DNA of 64,000 nucleotides from Caldisericota bacterium (lineage in GTDB: Bacteria > Caldisericota > Caldisericia > JAAYUI01). Below the pieces are notes generated by a model. That model saw nothing but the letters and a program-made list of their open reading frames with translations, searched no databases and was not told the DNA's origin. The position numbers and the translations under genes were made by a program. The stretch covers positions 26,046-90,045 of the forward strand of contig JAKPMO010000005.1 of assembly GCA_029548865.1 (NCBI GenBank), read 5' to 3'. Shown piece by piece: positions 24,799 to 34,035 of this stretch (positions are counted from its first letter, which is position 1; every line of letters begins with the position of its first letter).

Positions 24799-26277
24799 CT
24801 ACTTGTTGTCTATCTGCGCCTTCTGGACGTGTCCGGAAAAATCAAAAGTGACCGTTTTCCACTCTGAGAAGGCATCCAGCACCTGCACGCCACCCTCACG
24901 ATGACCGTTGCCTGTTCCCCTCGTTCCACCAAATGGTGTCGAGACCTCCGCGCCGATTGTCCCGGCATTTATGTAAACAAGACCAGTGGTGATGTCCCTT
25001 GCGGCAACCAGTGCATTGTTCACATTGTTTGTGATTATTGCCGAGGAGAGGCCAAAAGCTGTGTTGTTGTTGATCTGGATTGCCTCTTCAAGCGTGTCGA
25101 ACGGGATTATTGTGGCAACCGGTCCAAAAATCTCTTCCTGGCAGACTCTCATATTTGGAGTGCAATCTGTGAAGAGGGTCGGTTTGTAGAAGGAACCTTT
25201 TGCAAGCTCGCCCTCTATGGCATTTTCTCCGCCAACAAGGAGCTTTGCGCCTTCATTTTTGCCAATCTGGACGTACTCATCAATCTTGCGCCTTGCACCC
25301 ATATTGATGACCGGGCCGACATCCGATTTGAGTCCGTGGCCCAATTTAAGCTTCGAGATGGCCTCAATCATCAATCTCTCAAACTCTGCTTTCACTTTTC
25401 TGTGGACAATGAGTCTTGAACAGGCAGTGCAACGCTGGCCAGTGGTTCCGTATGCGGACCAGATCACCGAATCAACTGCAAGGTGCAGGTCGGCATCGTC
25501 CATGACGATGATGGCGTTCTTTCCACCCATCTCAAGTGAGCTCCTCTTCAGGGTCTCGCCACAGACAGTAGCAATCCTGCGGCCAACATCAGTCGAGCCA
25601 GTGAAGCTTATCATCGAGATGTCCTTGTTGGCAAGGATTGCCTCTCCAACCTCACCGCCGCCGCCAAGAACGAGATTTATGACGCCAGGGTAATCTTTCA
25701 GGCCAGCATCAATCAGGGCCTCAAAAATCCTCACCATGCACCTTGGTGTTTCGGTTGCCGGTTTTACAACAACGGTATTTCCACAGACGAGTGCTGGTGC
25801 GATCTTCCATGTCGGAATGGCTGTCGGAAAGTTCCAGGGTGTAATAAGACCACAAACGCCGATGGGGTCTCTCACCACATAGATGGTCTTGTTTGGCATC
25901 TCAGACGGGACGGTTTCCCCTCTGAGTCTTCTGCCTTCACCACCTATGAGGTTGAACATGTCTATTGCTTCCTGAACGTCGCCTCTTGCTTCGGCTATGA
26001 CCTTTCCCATTTCACAGGTCAGCTCCCTGGCGATGTCTTCCTTGCGCTCTTCAAGTATTCTCGACGCCTTCATCAATATGTCGCCCCTTACGGGTGCCGG
26101 AACAAGTCTCCACTGCTGTTGGGCTTTTTTGGCTGCAGAAACGGCTTCGTTGACATCTGCTGCGCTCGAGAGTGTCACAGTTGCCAGAAGATCACCATTT
26201 GCAGGATCATGGTCCTCAAAGGTTCTTCCAGTAACAGAATCCTTCCACACTCCGTTGATGTAATTTTTTAAATGCAT
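24799..26277 (-). CDS. NAD(P)+-dependent aldehyde dehydrogenase
   Basis: 492 aa with ITPWNFP, catalytic LEMGGKN and GQRCTACSR, and EEIFGPV. Confidence 0.9.
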   Translation of the reverse strand: MHLKNYINGVWKDSVTGRTFEDHDPANGDLLATVTLSSAADVNEAVSAAKKAQQQWRLVPAPVRGDILMKASRILEERKEDIARELTCEMGKVIAEARGDVQEAIDMFNLIGGEGRRLRGETVPSEMPNKTIYVVRDPIGVCGLITPWNFPTAIPTWKIAPALVCGNTVVVKPATETPRCMVRIFEALIDAGLKDYPGVINLVLGGGGEVGEAILANKDISMISFTGSTDVGRRIATVCGETLKRSSLEMGGKNAIIVMDDADLHLAVDSVIWSAYGTTGQRCTACSRLIVHRKVKAEFERLMIEAISKLKLGHGLKSDVGPVINMGARRKIDEYVQIGKNEGAKLLVGGENAIEGELAKGSFYKPTLFTDCTPNMRVCQEEIFGPVATIIPFDTLEEAIQINNNTAFGLSSAIITNNVNNALVAARDITTGLVYINAGTIGAEVSTPFGGTRGTGNGHREGGVQVLDAFSEWKTVTFDFSGHVQKAQIDNK

Positions 26278-26290
26278 CGCACCCTCCTCT

Positions 26291-26968
26291 TTAGAATTTC
26301 ATGGTTGAGACAATATTCTCAAGCATTTCTTTATCTGCATTGCCAATTGACCCTGACACGACTGATACAGAATAGAACTGTGTGGCCACAGCATCTGTCA
26401 GAGGCCTCTGCTGCCCATAGACAACCCACATGATTGTTTTACCAGAGAACTTCAATACTGGCGAACTGAGGGTGGCCTGGCAAGCTTCATATTTCTTATC
26501 CCCTACCTTGTGGGTCATTTTTTGGTAGTCATTAACTTCGCCATCATAAAAAGTCATCCTTGCAAGATCAGTACCCTGGAGGCCATATCTCGTGGTTGAG
26601 CCCTTCATGAAGATAACAAGCGTTCTTCCACCAATATTCAAATCCTGGTACCTGTAATCGCCAAGCTGGAGCGCCGGCAGCAAGTCGTCCATCTTCTGGT
26701 CTTCTGGCCAGAAAACAACCTCTGTGTTGGCCTTTACAAGATCAAGCGAGCTGTCTCTGAACTTCAATACCTGGGACTTCCAGCCTTTTGGCACAAAAAA
26801 GCTGACCTGGTCAATTTTATATGCTTCCATTCCTGGAACACTCTCGGCACCACCAGTAATAATTTCTGTGCCCCTATCATCACCGTTATCTTTTGGCTCG
26901 GGACTGGCATTGCCACCACACGATGCAAGCATCAAAACACAAAGAACTATAAGCAATATTTTCTTCAA
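26291..26968 (-). CDS. lipoprotein, unknown function
   Basis: TTG 26968 lies 6 nt after GGAGG and gives MKKILLIVLCVLMLASCGG (lipobox LASC). The track's longer N-terminus overlaps the Fe-S gene. Confidence 0.65.
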   Translation of the reverse strand: MKKILLIVLCVLMLASCGGNASPEPKDNGDDRGTEIITGGAESVPGMEAYKIDQVSFFVPKGWKSQVLKFRDSSLDLVKANTEVVFWPEDQKMDDLLPALQLGDYRYQDLNIGGRTLVIFMKGSTTRYGLQGTDLARMTFYDGEVNDYQKMTHKVGDKKYEACQATLSSPVLKFSGKTIMWVVYGQQRPLTDAVATQFYSVSVVSGSIGNADKEMLENIVSTMKF

Positions 26969-26969
26969 A

Positions 26970-28055
26970 CTATACCTCCAAAGCTTCTTCAAGCAGTTGC
27001 CAAATGTCCTTACTCTTGATCTTTCTTCCAGTTCCCTTTTCCTTCTCTTCTCTGGAACAGGCAAGGGCCGCCCTGAAGAGTGTGGATTCACAAGTTGGGC
27101 AAATGGTTGTTATGTAATCGGCGCCAGTGTCCATGGCTTCCCTGATCCTTCTCTTCGCCGTCTCCTTGACCGTGTCGGTCGCTGTGGCCTGAAGGCCACC
27201 ACCACCTCCGCAACACTGGGAAAATTCCCTGTTGAGCCTCATTTCGACAAGCTCATATCCAAGGGCCTTTATGATGTCCCTTGGCTGGTCAAACATTCTT
27301 TCGCCCCTACCAAGATGGCATGGATCATGATAAGTAACTTTGGAGCCAGTCTTTTTTATCTGGGCATTTGGGAGGAGCTCCCTTATCAATTCAGAGGCAT
27401 GGACCACCTTGGGCAGTTTGTAATATTCGCGGAGCGTTAGTGTACATGATGGGCAAACAGTTATTATAGTATCATTTATATATGGGCCATAAACCTTCAT
27501 GAAATTTTCTTTGGCTTTTTCAAATTCCTTTGCATAGCCGGTATTGTAAAGGGCGTTTGCACAACAGGTTTCCTCGACTATCCTTGGCTTGATGCCAAGC
27601 TTTGTGAGAACTTTAACTATCCTTTCGGTGTCAGTCGGCCTGTCCCTGTATGAACAACCCAGGTAAAGTGTCACTTCGCCCTCAATTTTTGTCTGCCTGC
27701 CGGAGCCAAGCGGATCACCTTTTTCTATGATGTTCTTGGCCACAAGGTCATTGCCTGGCATTGTAAAACCTGCCTCCACAAGGGTCTCTCTTAAAGCCTT
27801 GAAGATATCAACATTGTGGAGGGCACACTTTGCCTCGCACCAGCCGCACATGGCACAGAAGAAGACTGATTCTGCAAGCTCCTGGGAGAGTTTTATCTCG
27901 CCCTCAAGGAGACCTTTTGCCTGCATCATCTTTCCCCTAGAAGCAAAGCTCTCGATGAGCCCATCTCTGTATGTGGGGCATTCCTGGGTGCAGAAACCGC
28001 ATCTGGTTCTTACACAGGTGTATATGTCGTCTTTGAACTGTTCTAGTTTTTTCAT
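26970..28055 (-). CDS. (Fe-S)-binding CCG-domain oxidoreductase subunit (GlcF/LutA/HdrD-like)
   Basis: CxxCxxCxxxCP-like blocks CGFCTQECP and CAMCGWCEAKC, two CCG-type segments (..ETCCANA.., ..SQCCGGGGG). ATG 28055 overlaps the FAD-oxidase stop (ATGA). Confidence 0.8.
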   Translation of the reverse strand: MKKLEQFKDDIYTCVRTRCGFCTQECPTYRDGLIESFASRGKMMQAKGLLEGEIKLSQELAESVFFCAMCGWCEAKCALHNVDIFKALRETLVEAGFTMPGNDLVAKNIIEKGDPLGSGRQTKIEGEVTLYLGCSYRDRPTDTERIVKVLTKLGIKPRIVEETCCANALYNTGYAKEFEKAKENFMKVYGPYINDTIITVCPSCTLTLREYYKLPKVVHASELIRELLPNAQIKKTGSKVTYHDPCHLGRGERMFDQPRDIIKALGYELVEMRLNREFSQCCGGGGGLQATATDTVKETAKRRIREAMDTGADYITTICPTCESTLFRAALACSREEKEKGTGRKIKSKDIWQLLEEALEV

Positions 28056-29503
28056 TTTATCCACCTGCTCTCAAACTTTTTTCCAGGGTTCATAATGTTT
28101 TTCGGGTCAAACATGTCTTTGAGCTTTTTCATGTACTCAAAGGAGTCGCCATGCTCAATCTGGTTGAAACCACCAAGCCTGTCTCCGTCACCAATATAGG
28201 TGCTCATGGTGCCTTCCAGCCTTATTGCCTCGAGAGACATCTCTTTGACAAACTTGTAGAAATTGTCCATGTTTGTCTGGTCGTGGTCATCAACAAAGAT
28301 GGCAAAAGAGATTGAAGGTGAAATCTTCTGGGGACACTCATTGTAAACAGTCATTCCAAGTATCTTCTGATTGTACTTCTCTGATAAATTTACAAAAGCA
28401 TCGTGCATCTTTTCCAGGTTCCCTATCGGAACACCAACATCTGCGGCGCCAAACTTTCTTTCTCTCTGGGAATCAGGCCACTTTTGTTTGAATGGCTCAA
28501 ACTGGAGCGTGTGTTTTGAGGCCCAATAGCCAGTCACAATCTCCTGCTCCTTTACCTCAGAGGCTATGTCCTTCACTTTGTCCCTTATCTTGGCACAGAA
28601 GAAATCGACAACATCCTGGTCGCCTGCTACAGAAACAAACATAATCGCTTCTGCCCATTCCGGGACTTCAGGCTCCTTATTGTATTTGACCCTATAAGAG
28701 TGCGTATAGAAATGAAGGCGCTGTTTATCGTTGACATGCAGTGATTCAAGCTGGATACCTGACGTCATCAGCTGTTCGCATGCAAAGCATGCATCCTCTA
28801 TGGTGCGAACATAAAATCCCATTACAGACCTTGTTTTTGGCAGATAGTTTACCCTGAGCTGCGCCTCGGTAACAATACCAAGCGTGGCCTCGGAACCAAC
28901 AAAAAGATGATGGAGCTTGTACCCAGTAGAAGTCATGCTGGCCTTGCGATGACCAAACTCAATTGCTTCGCCAGTGCCAATAACAACTTTGGCCGATGTT
29001 AGGCACTCAAGCATTTTTCCATACTTGATACCGAAGGTCGAATCATTATCACAGCCAATGGCTGCACCGACTGTTGAGGCCTGTTTGGATTCGGGCTGGT
29101 GGGGGAGCCACATGCCATGCTTTGCAAGGAATTCATTGAGGTGCCATATTGTAATGCCGGCACCCACCCTGACAGACATGTTTTTTTCATCAAATTCGAT
29201 GACCTGATCCATACCCTTGGTGTCAACTACTATACCGCCCTTCCAGGCCTGGACACCGCCACCCATTCCGGTCCCTCCAGCAAAAGCAACTACAGGGATG
29301 CCAAGATCGTAAGCAACCTTGACGATTTCCTGACACTCTTTTGTGTTCCTTGGAACTGCAACCATCTCCGGGATGTTGTCATCACCATACATCCTTGGGC
29401 TCCAATCCCTGCTGTAGCTCATTCTGTGGGCCTCAAGTATGGAAACCCTTTTGCCCAGAATGGGTTTTAGCCGTTTTTCAGCTTCCAAAATTTTGTCCTG
29501 CAT
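28052..29503 (-). CDS. FAD-linked oxidase (GlcD / D-lactate dehydrogenase-like)
   Basis: FAD_binding_4 pattern VVAFAGGTGMGGG and a C-terminal FAD-oxidase domain ending DPKNIMNPGK. ATG 29503 follows GGAGG and shares 1 nt with the ComB-like stop (TGATG). Confidence 0.85.
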   Translation of the reverse strand: MQDKILEAEKRLKPILGKRVSILEAHRMSYSRDWSPRMYGDDNIPEMVAVPRNTKECQEIVKVAYDLGIPVVAFAGGTGMGGGVQAWKGGIVVDTKGMDQVIEFDEKNMSVRVGAGITIWHLNEFLAKHGMWLPHQPESKQASTVGAAIGCDNDSTFGIKYGKMLECLTSAKVVIGTGEAIEFGHRKASMTSTGYKLHHLFVGSEATLGIVTEAQLRVNYLPKTRSVMGFYVRTIEDACFACEQLMTSGIQLESLHVNDKQRLHFYTHSYRVKYNKEPEVPEWAEAIMFVSVAGDQDVVDFFCAKIRDKVKDIASEVKEQEIVTGYWASKHTLQFEPFKQKWPDSQRERKFGAADVGVPIGNLEKMHDAFVNLSEKYNQKILGMTVYNECPQKISPSISFAIFVDDHDQTNMDNFYKFVKEMSLEAIRLEGTMSTYIGDGDRLGGFNQIEHGDSFEYMKKLKDMFDPKNIMNPGKKFESRWIK

Positions 29504-30252
29504 CAGACCTCCTGTTTGTCGTCGCAAACAACATAGTATGAATGATCATCTTTTTTTACCTTTGGAACAAAATTCATAAGATCTTGCTTTGCGCAAAGCG
29601 CAATGTCAGAGGAGAAGCCAAGGGCAGTGAGGTTCCTGCCCGATTCAGAGGCAAGAAGGGCATCTAGCGGGCGCGAGAAGCCCCCATGCACCATTTTTGC
29701 GACCCTTGAGGCATCATCAAGATCAAAACCTCTTATCTTGCCTGTCATTATTGATTTATTGATTATAGCGCCAGCGGCATAAAGATCATCGATCACAGGG
29801 TTCCCATCAATACCCGAGCACAGCACGGCAATATCTTTTCCGGTTTGTCTGACAAGCCGTGCGATCTCTTCGCAGACAGCAGTCATATTTATTATCGAGC
29901 CTACGAGCACTGTTTCGGATTCACATGCCTGGATCATGGCCTTGGTGCCGTTTGTTGTTGTGAGCGCCACTTCCCTGCCCTTTATCTTTGCGGAGAGAGT
30001 TTCCGAGGGTGAATTGCCCATCTCGAACCCTTTTATTTTCTCGCAATTCCTCTCGCCAGCAATTGCCATGTTCGGGTAATAAAGCTTTTGTGATTTCGCT
30101 TCTTCTTCATCTTCAAAAAGGAACACCTTGGTGGCGCCTCTGTCAAACATCGTCACAACATTGCTTGTGGCCCTCAAAATATCAACCACAACAACAATGT
30201 CGTTTTCTATCCCCTTTTGCATTCCTTGAGCCAAAAAAGTTTTTATCTTCAC
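29503..30252 (-). CDS. 2-phosphosulfolactate phosphatase (ComB) family protein
   Basis: The N-terminal IVVVVDILRATSNVVTMFDRGA matches the ComB pattern VVIDVLRATST. 249 aa. Confidence 0.65.
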   Translation of the reverse strand: MKIKTFLAQGMQKGIENDIVVVVDILRATSNVVTMFDRGATKVFLFEDEEEAKSQKLYYPNMAIAGERNCEKIKGFEMGNSPSETLSAKIKGREVALTTTNGTKAMIQACESETVLVGSIINMTAVCEEIARLVRQTGKDIAVLCSGIDGNPVIDDLYAAGAIINKSIMTGKIRGFDLDDASRVAKMVHGGFSRPLDALLASESGRNLTALGFSSDIALCAKQDLMNFVPKVKKDDHSYYVVCDDKQEV

Positions 30253-30305
30253 AAAAAACTAGTTTATTATTGTGAAAGTTTAAGTTCAACCACGGACATG
30301 AGCAG

Positions 30306-31556
30306 CTACTTGCCAATCATGAGCCTGACATGCGTCCAGTAAGAAACAGGGCTCTTCTCTCCTGCTTCGGGAACGCCTGTTATTTCAGAGGGAGTTCTCC
30401 ACGTCCTTCCAAAATCTTCGGAAACAAAAAATCTGAAAGAAGACTCATAATTATTTTCATCAAAATAGGGTCTTATATACCCAGAAAAGATTGGTGGGAG
30501 ACCCTCAATAGGATCGATCAGCAACTTCCCATTCTCTGTATATGAAGGATTTTTGAGGTTTTCCTGTGTAGAATTGACGGGACCAACTATCATCCAGGCA
30601 CCGCCACCGATAAACCAGTTTTGTCCTAGATTGTAATGAAGGTATTTCGCATGGTTCGCTGGAATTATCTGTACACCACCCCTCAAATTCTCGTCATCAG
30701 TCTTGCCCCTCCATCTTGTGGTGGAAACTTCTAGTACACCTGGATGGGTAGCCCTTACCCTTCCGATATCGGCATATTCTGAACCAATAAACCTGCCAGT
30801 TTGGGTTGCCCTCTGGAGAACTCTTCCAATTTGGTACCTTTTCTCGGTTTCGTCCATCACATAGACTCCACCATAATCTTCCATCTGGATACCGTTTACA
30901 ACATCGCCCTTTGACCAATTTTCGAATTCAATGTACCTGACATTGTCCCTTGGTCTCCTGACATCAATGAACAAAAATTGCGGCGGGACGCGTGTTGGAT
31001 CTGCAAAATATGAATCAAGCGACACCCAGGAACCTCTGTCCAGGGCGTAAACGGGGTTGCCAACATAAGGCGACCATTCATTGAAAATCCCGTATCCTCC
31101 AGGATTGCTTACTACTATATCCCCTGTTCCACCCTCTTCGGTGAATGGGATTATTGAAAGCTCGGACGCGTTCCAGTTTGTCGGTTTCACAGGATCATAC
31201 TGTCTTTTTGGCCCGCATCTGATATGGATCGCGTTTACTGCAGATGCAATGATTGTTCCTTTGGCACCATTTTGTGCGCAAACATAATGGGATGCCCAGA
31301 AACCATCCGAGGCCCTTGTGGCCTGGGTGGCAGGAGTAACAACTTCCCCTATCTCCCTTGAGGTACCTTCAGAATAAACAATTATTTTTCCACCAGCACT
31401 GTTGTCAATGAGCACGGAAAAAAGTCTTATCGTAGAAACATCAAACCTTTTGGCCTCTGGCGGGACATTGGCTTTAATGTCGAAAGCCTTCAGCGTTGTG
31501 GTCACAGACAAAAGCAGGGCCAGAAGAAGCGCCACTATGTGCATTGGGTAAATCAT
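30306..31556 (-). CDS. secreted hypothetical protein with one BNR/Asp-box motif
   Basis: Signal-like MHIVALLLALLLSVTTTLKA, and SEDFGRTW (SxDxGxTW) near the C-terminus. The start could be ATG 31556 or 31544. Confidence 0.55.
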   Translation of the reverse strand: MIYPMHIVALLLALLLSVTTTLKAFDIKANVPPEAKRFDVSTIRLFSVLIDNSAGGKIIVYSEGTSREIGEVVTPATQATRASDGFWASHYVCAQNGAKGTIIASAVNAIHIRCGPKRQYDPVKPTNWNASELSIIPFTEEGGTGDIVVSNPGGYGIFNEWSPYVGNPVYALDRGSWVSLDSYFADPTRVPPQFLFIDVRRPRDNVRYIEFENWSKGDVVNGIQMEDYGGVYVMDETEKRYQIGRVLQRATQTGRFIGSEYADIGRVRATHPGVLEVSTTRWRGKTDDENLRGGVQIIPANHAKYLHYNLGQNWFIGGGAWMIVGPVNSTQENLKNPSYTENGKLLIDPIEGLPPIFSGYIRPYFDENNYESSFRFFVSEDFGRTWRTPSEITGVPEAGEKSPVSYWTHVRLMIGK

Positions 31557-31660
31557 AACAAGACTCTAGTAATACCTCAAGAAAACATTTAGCCACAATA
31601 AATGTTCAGCTTGACAACAAATCAATAGTAAATTAACTTATCTGTTTGCGGAGGTGCGCA

Positions 31661-32599
31661 ATGTATGCCATTACCGGAACTATAGAAAACCTTGATTTAG
31701 CAGTAATTCTGCAGACAATGAATATAAGTAAAAAAACCGGTTGCATGGAAGTAAAGACCGGTGAAGAAACCTCCCGCATTTTTTTTGAGCAGGGTGCGAT
31801 AGTGCATGCGCTCACAAAAAACCTCGAGGGTGAGACGGCTTTTTATGACCTATTGACGGTAGAACAGGGCACATGGGGTTTTATCCCCGACATGACTCCG
31901 CCAAAGAGGACAATAAGGAACAAGATTGAGGGGCTACTCCTTAACTGGAGCAACCTCATGGACGAGTGGAATTCAATCAAGGACAAACTCCCCCAGCAAG
32001 ACGCCATCCTGAGGATGGTGGATGTTCCTGAGGATGAAAGGGAACACCTGGTTTTCAACATGGATGAGTGGGAAGTCCTCGAGCTGATAAAAAGGTATGG
32101 TTTGACATCGAAAGTATTCGAAGAAAGCAAGGTAGGAAGATTCAAAACAGGCAAGGCAATCCTGAAGTTTCTCTCAATAGATTTGATAAAGATTGAGAAA
32201 CAGGACAAAGAGAACATTGAAAAAATCATGAACTTCCTCAATGACGTGGGGAGCGAACTGGGTGAAAGAAACCTGGGCGCAAACCACTTCAGGCGCATAG
32301 TTGACAAGTTCACAGTAGAGACGGCAAAGCGCTACAAGTTCATGAACGACTTGAGGCTTGACGAAAACCTTAAATTTACAGGCCTTAAGACAAAAGGACT
32401 GCTGAACGAGAATGTTATCGAAGCACTGAAGGACCTGCTCTGGAACATCATTGACTACGTCAACAGCCTGGTTGGAACCCCGCTCGCATTTGACCAGATG
32501 TCGAAAGTCATAAGCAGGCACTTCAAGCCAGGGGACGAAATGATGAAGACCCTCAAACTCGATGAATACATTGCCTCGGAAGGAAGAATAAGAAGATGA
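31661..32599 (+). CDS. DUF4388 (PATAN-like) domain protein, third copy
   Basis: ATG 31661 lies 7 nt after GGAGG. GTIENLDLAVILQTMNISKKTGCMEV..RIFFEQGAIVHA..GETAFYDLL..GTWGF. The stop overlaps the cysS ATG (ATGA). Confidence 0.7.
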   Translation: MYAITGTIENLDLAVILQTMNISKKTGCMEVKTGEETSRIFFEQGAIVHALTKNLEGETAFYDLLTVEQGTWGFIPDMTPPKRTIRNKIEGLLLNWSNLMDEWNSIKDKLPQQDAILRMVDVPEDEREHLVFNMDEWEVLELIKRYGLTSKVFEESKVGRFKTGKAILKFLSIDLIKIEKQDKENIEKIMNFLNDVGSELGERNLGANHFRRIVDKFTVETAKRYKFMNDLRLDENLKFTGLKTKGLLNENVIEALKDLLWNIIDYVNSLVGTPLAFDQMSKVISRHFKPGDEMMKTLKLDEYIASEGRIRR

Positions 32600-33993
32600 A
32601 GTTTTTTAACACAATGACCAGGACAAAGGAAGACTTTACGCCAGTGCATGACGGTGAGGTAAGACTTTACACTTGCGGGCCAACGGTCTATTCAAGAATA
32701 CACATAGGCAATTTCAAAACATTTCTCTTTGAGGACATCCTGGTCAGATATTTCATTTATAAGGGATACAAGGTAAAACAGGTGATGAACATCACCGATA
32801 TCGATGACAAGACCATAAGAACAAGCAGGCAAAGAAATGTGTCCTTAAGAGAAGTAACTGATCCCTACATCGAATTGTTCCACAAGGACAGGAAGACCCT
32901 CCATATAATCGATGCAACAAATTACCCAAGAGCGACAGAGCACGTTCCCCAGATGGTGGAAATTGTCCAGAAGCTCATGGACAACGGCCACGCATACAGG
33001 GCAGCTGACAACTCGATCTATTATTCAATCTCCTCTTTTAAAGATTATGGCAAACTTGCCCATCTTGAAATAAACACTCTTCAATCGGGAGCATCAGGAA
33101 GAGTGGCTTCTGACGAATACGAAAAAGATTCCATCTCTGATTTTGCCTTATGGAAAGCATGGGACGAAAACGACGGGGAAGTATATTGGGAGACCCAGCT
33201 TGGGAAGGGACGTCCCGGCTGGCATATAGAGTGCTCTGCGATGTCGATGGAATACCTCGGCGAGACCCTCGACATCCACACAGGTGGCATTGACAACATC
33301 TTCCCACACCATCAGAACGAGATTGCACAGTCGGAGGGTTTCACCGGCAAGACGTTCTCAAAATACTGGATGCACTCGTACCATCTCATGGTTGATGGCG
33401 CAAAAATGAGCAAATCGCTTGGGAATTTCTACACGCTGGAGGACCTTGAGAAGAAAGGAATATCTCCGGAAACATTCCGCTTCTTCGTTGTAACAAACCA
33501 CTACAGAACAAGTCTAAATTACACTGATGAGGCCGCAAGGGCCGCTGGAAAGGCAAGAGACAGCCTTATTGAATTTGTCGACAGGGTGAGAAACATACCC
33601 GATGGCCCCGATAAATTTGATGTTGGGCCAACAATCGAAGAGATGTTCAGGGAGTTTGAAGCCGGGATGGATGATGACCTGAACACACCGCAGGCAATTG
33701 CCGCGGTATTTGACATGACACGCCCTATAAACAGGGCAATAGATGAAGGCAAGATCGGCACACTGGGAAGGGAAAACCTCTTAAAGACCATCGAAAAGGT
33801 AAACACCGTCTTTGCATTTATTGAAGGCTCGCAAACCACTATTCCGGAAGAAGTTATAGAGCTGATGAAGCAAAGGGAGCAAGTGAGAAAAGAAAAAAAT
33901 TGGGCCATGTCGGACCAGCTCAGGGATAAAATACTGGAGCTCGGTTTCATCGTAAAGGATACGCCCCAAGGCCAGCGCGTGACAAAAAAATAA
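32596..33993 (+). CDS. cysS: cysteine--tRNA ligase
   Basis: Class I motifs HIGN (in YSRIHIGNF) and KMSKS, and Zn-site residues CGPTVY. 465 aa. Confidence 0.93.
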   Translation: MKFFNTMTRTKEDFTPVHDGEVRLYTCGPTVYSRIHIGNFKTFLFEDILVRYFIYKGYKVKQVMNITDIDDKTIRTSRQRNVSLREVTDPYIELFHKDRKTLHIIDATNYPRATEHVPQMVEIVQKLMDNGHAYRAADNSIYYSISSFKDYGKLAHLEINTLQSGASGRVASDEYEKDSISDFALWKAWDENDGEVYWETQLGKGRPGWHIECSAMSMEYLGETLDIHTGGIDNIFPHHQNEIAQSEGFTGKTFSKYWMHSYHLMVDGAKMSKSLGNFYTLEDLEKKGISPETFRFFVVTNHYRTSLNYTDEAARAAGKARDSLIEFVDRVRNIPDGPDKFDVGPTIEEMFREFEAGMDDDLNTPQAIAAVFDMTRPINRAIDEGKIGTLGRENLLKTIEKVNTVFAFIEGSQTTIPEEVIELMKQREQVRKEKNWAMSDQLRDKILELGFIVKDTPQGQRVTKK

Positions 33994-34035
33994 GGCCATA
34001 CAAGAGCCCCAAAGAGGGCAGAAAGCGAATTTAAA

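Noticed and set aside
26724-27440. 238-aa plus-strand ORF and similar long antisense ORFs (e.g. 20685..21323, 22913..23461, 53778..54356)
   Set aside because: They lie antisense to genes with strong family motifs and have S/P/L/R-rich shadow-ORF composition and no SD.
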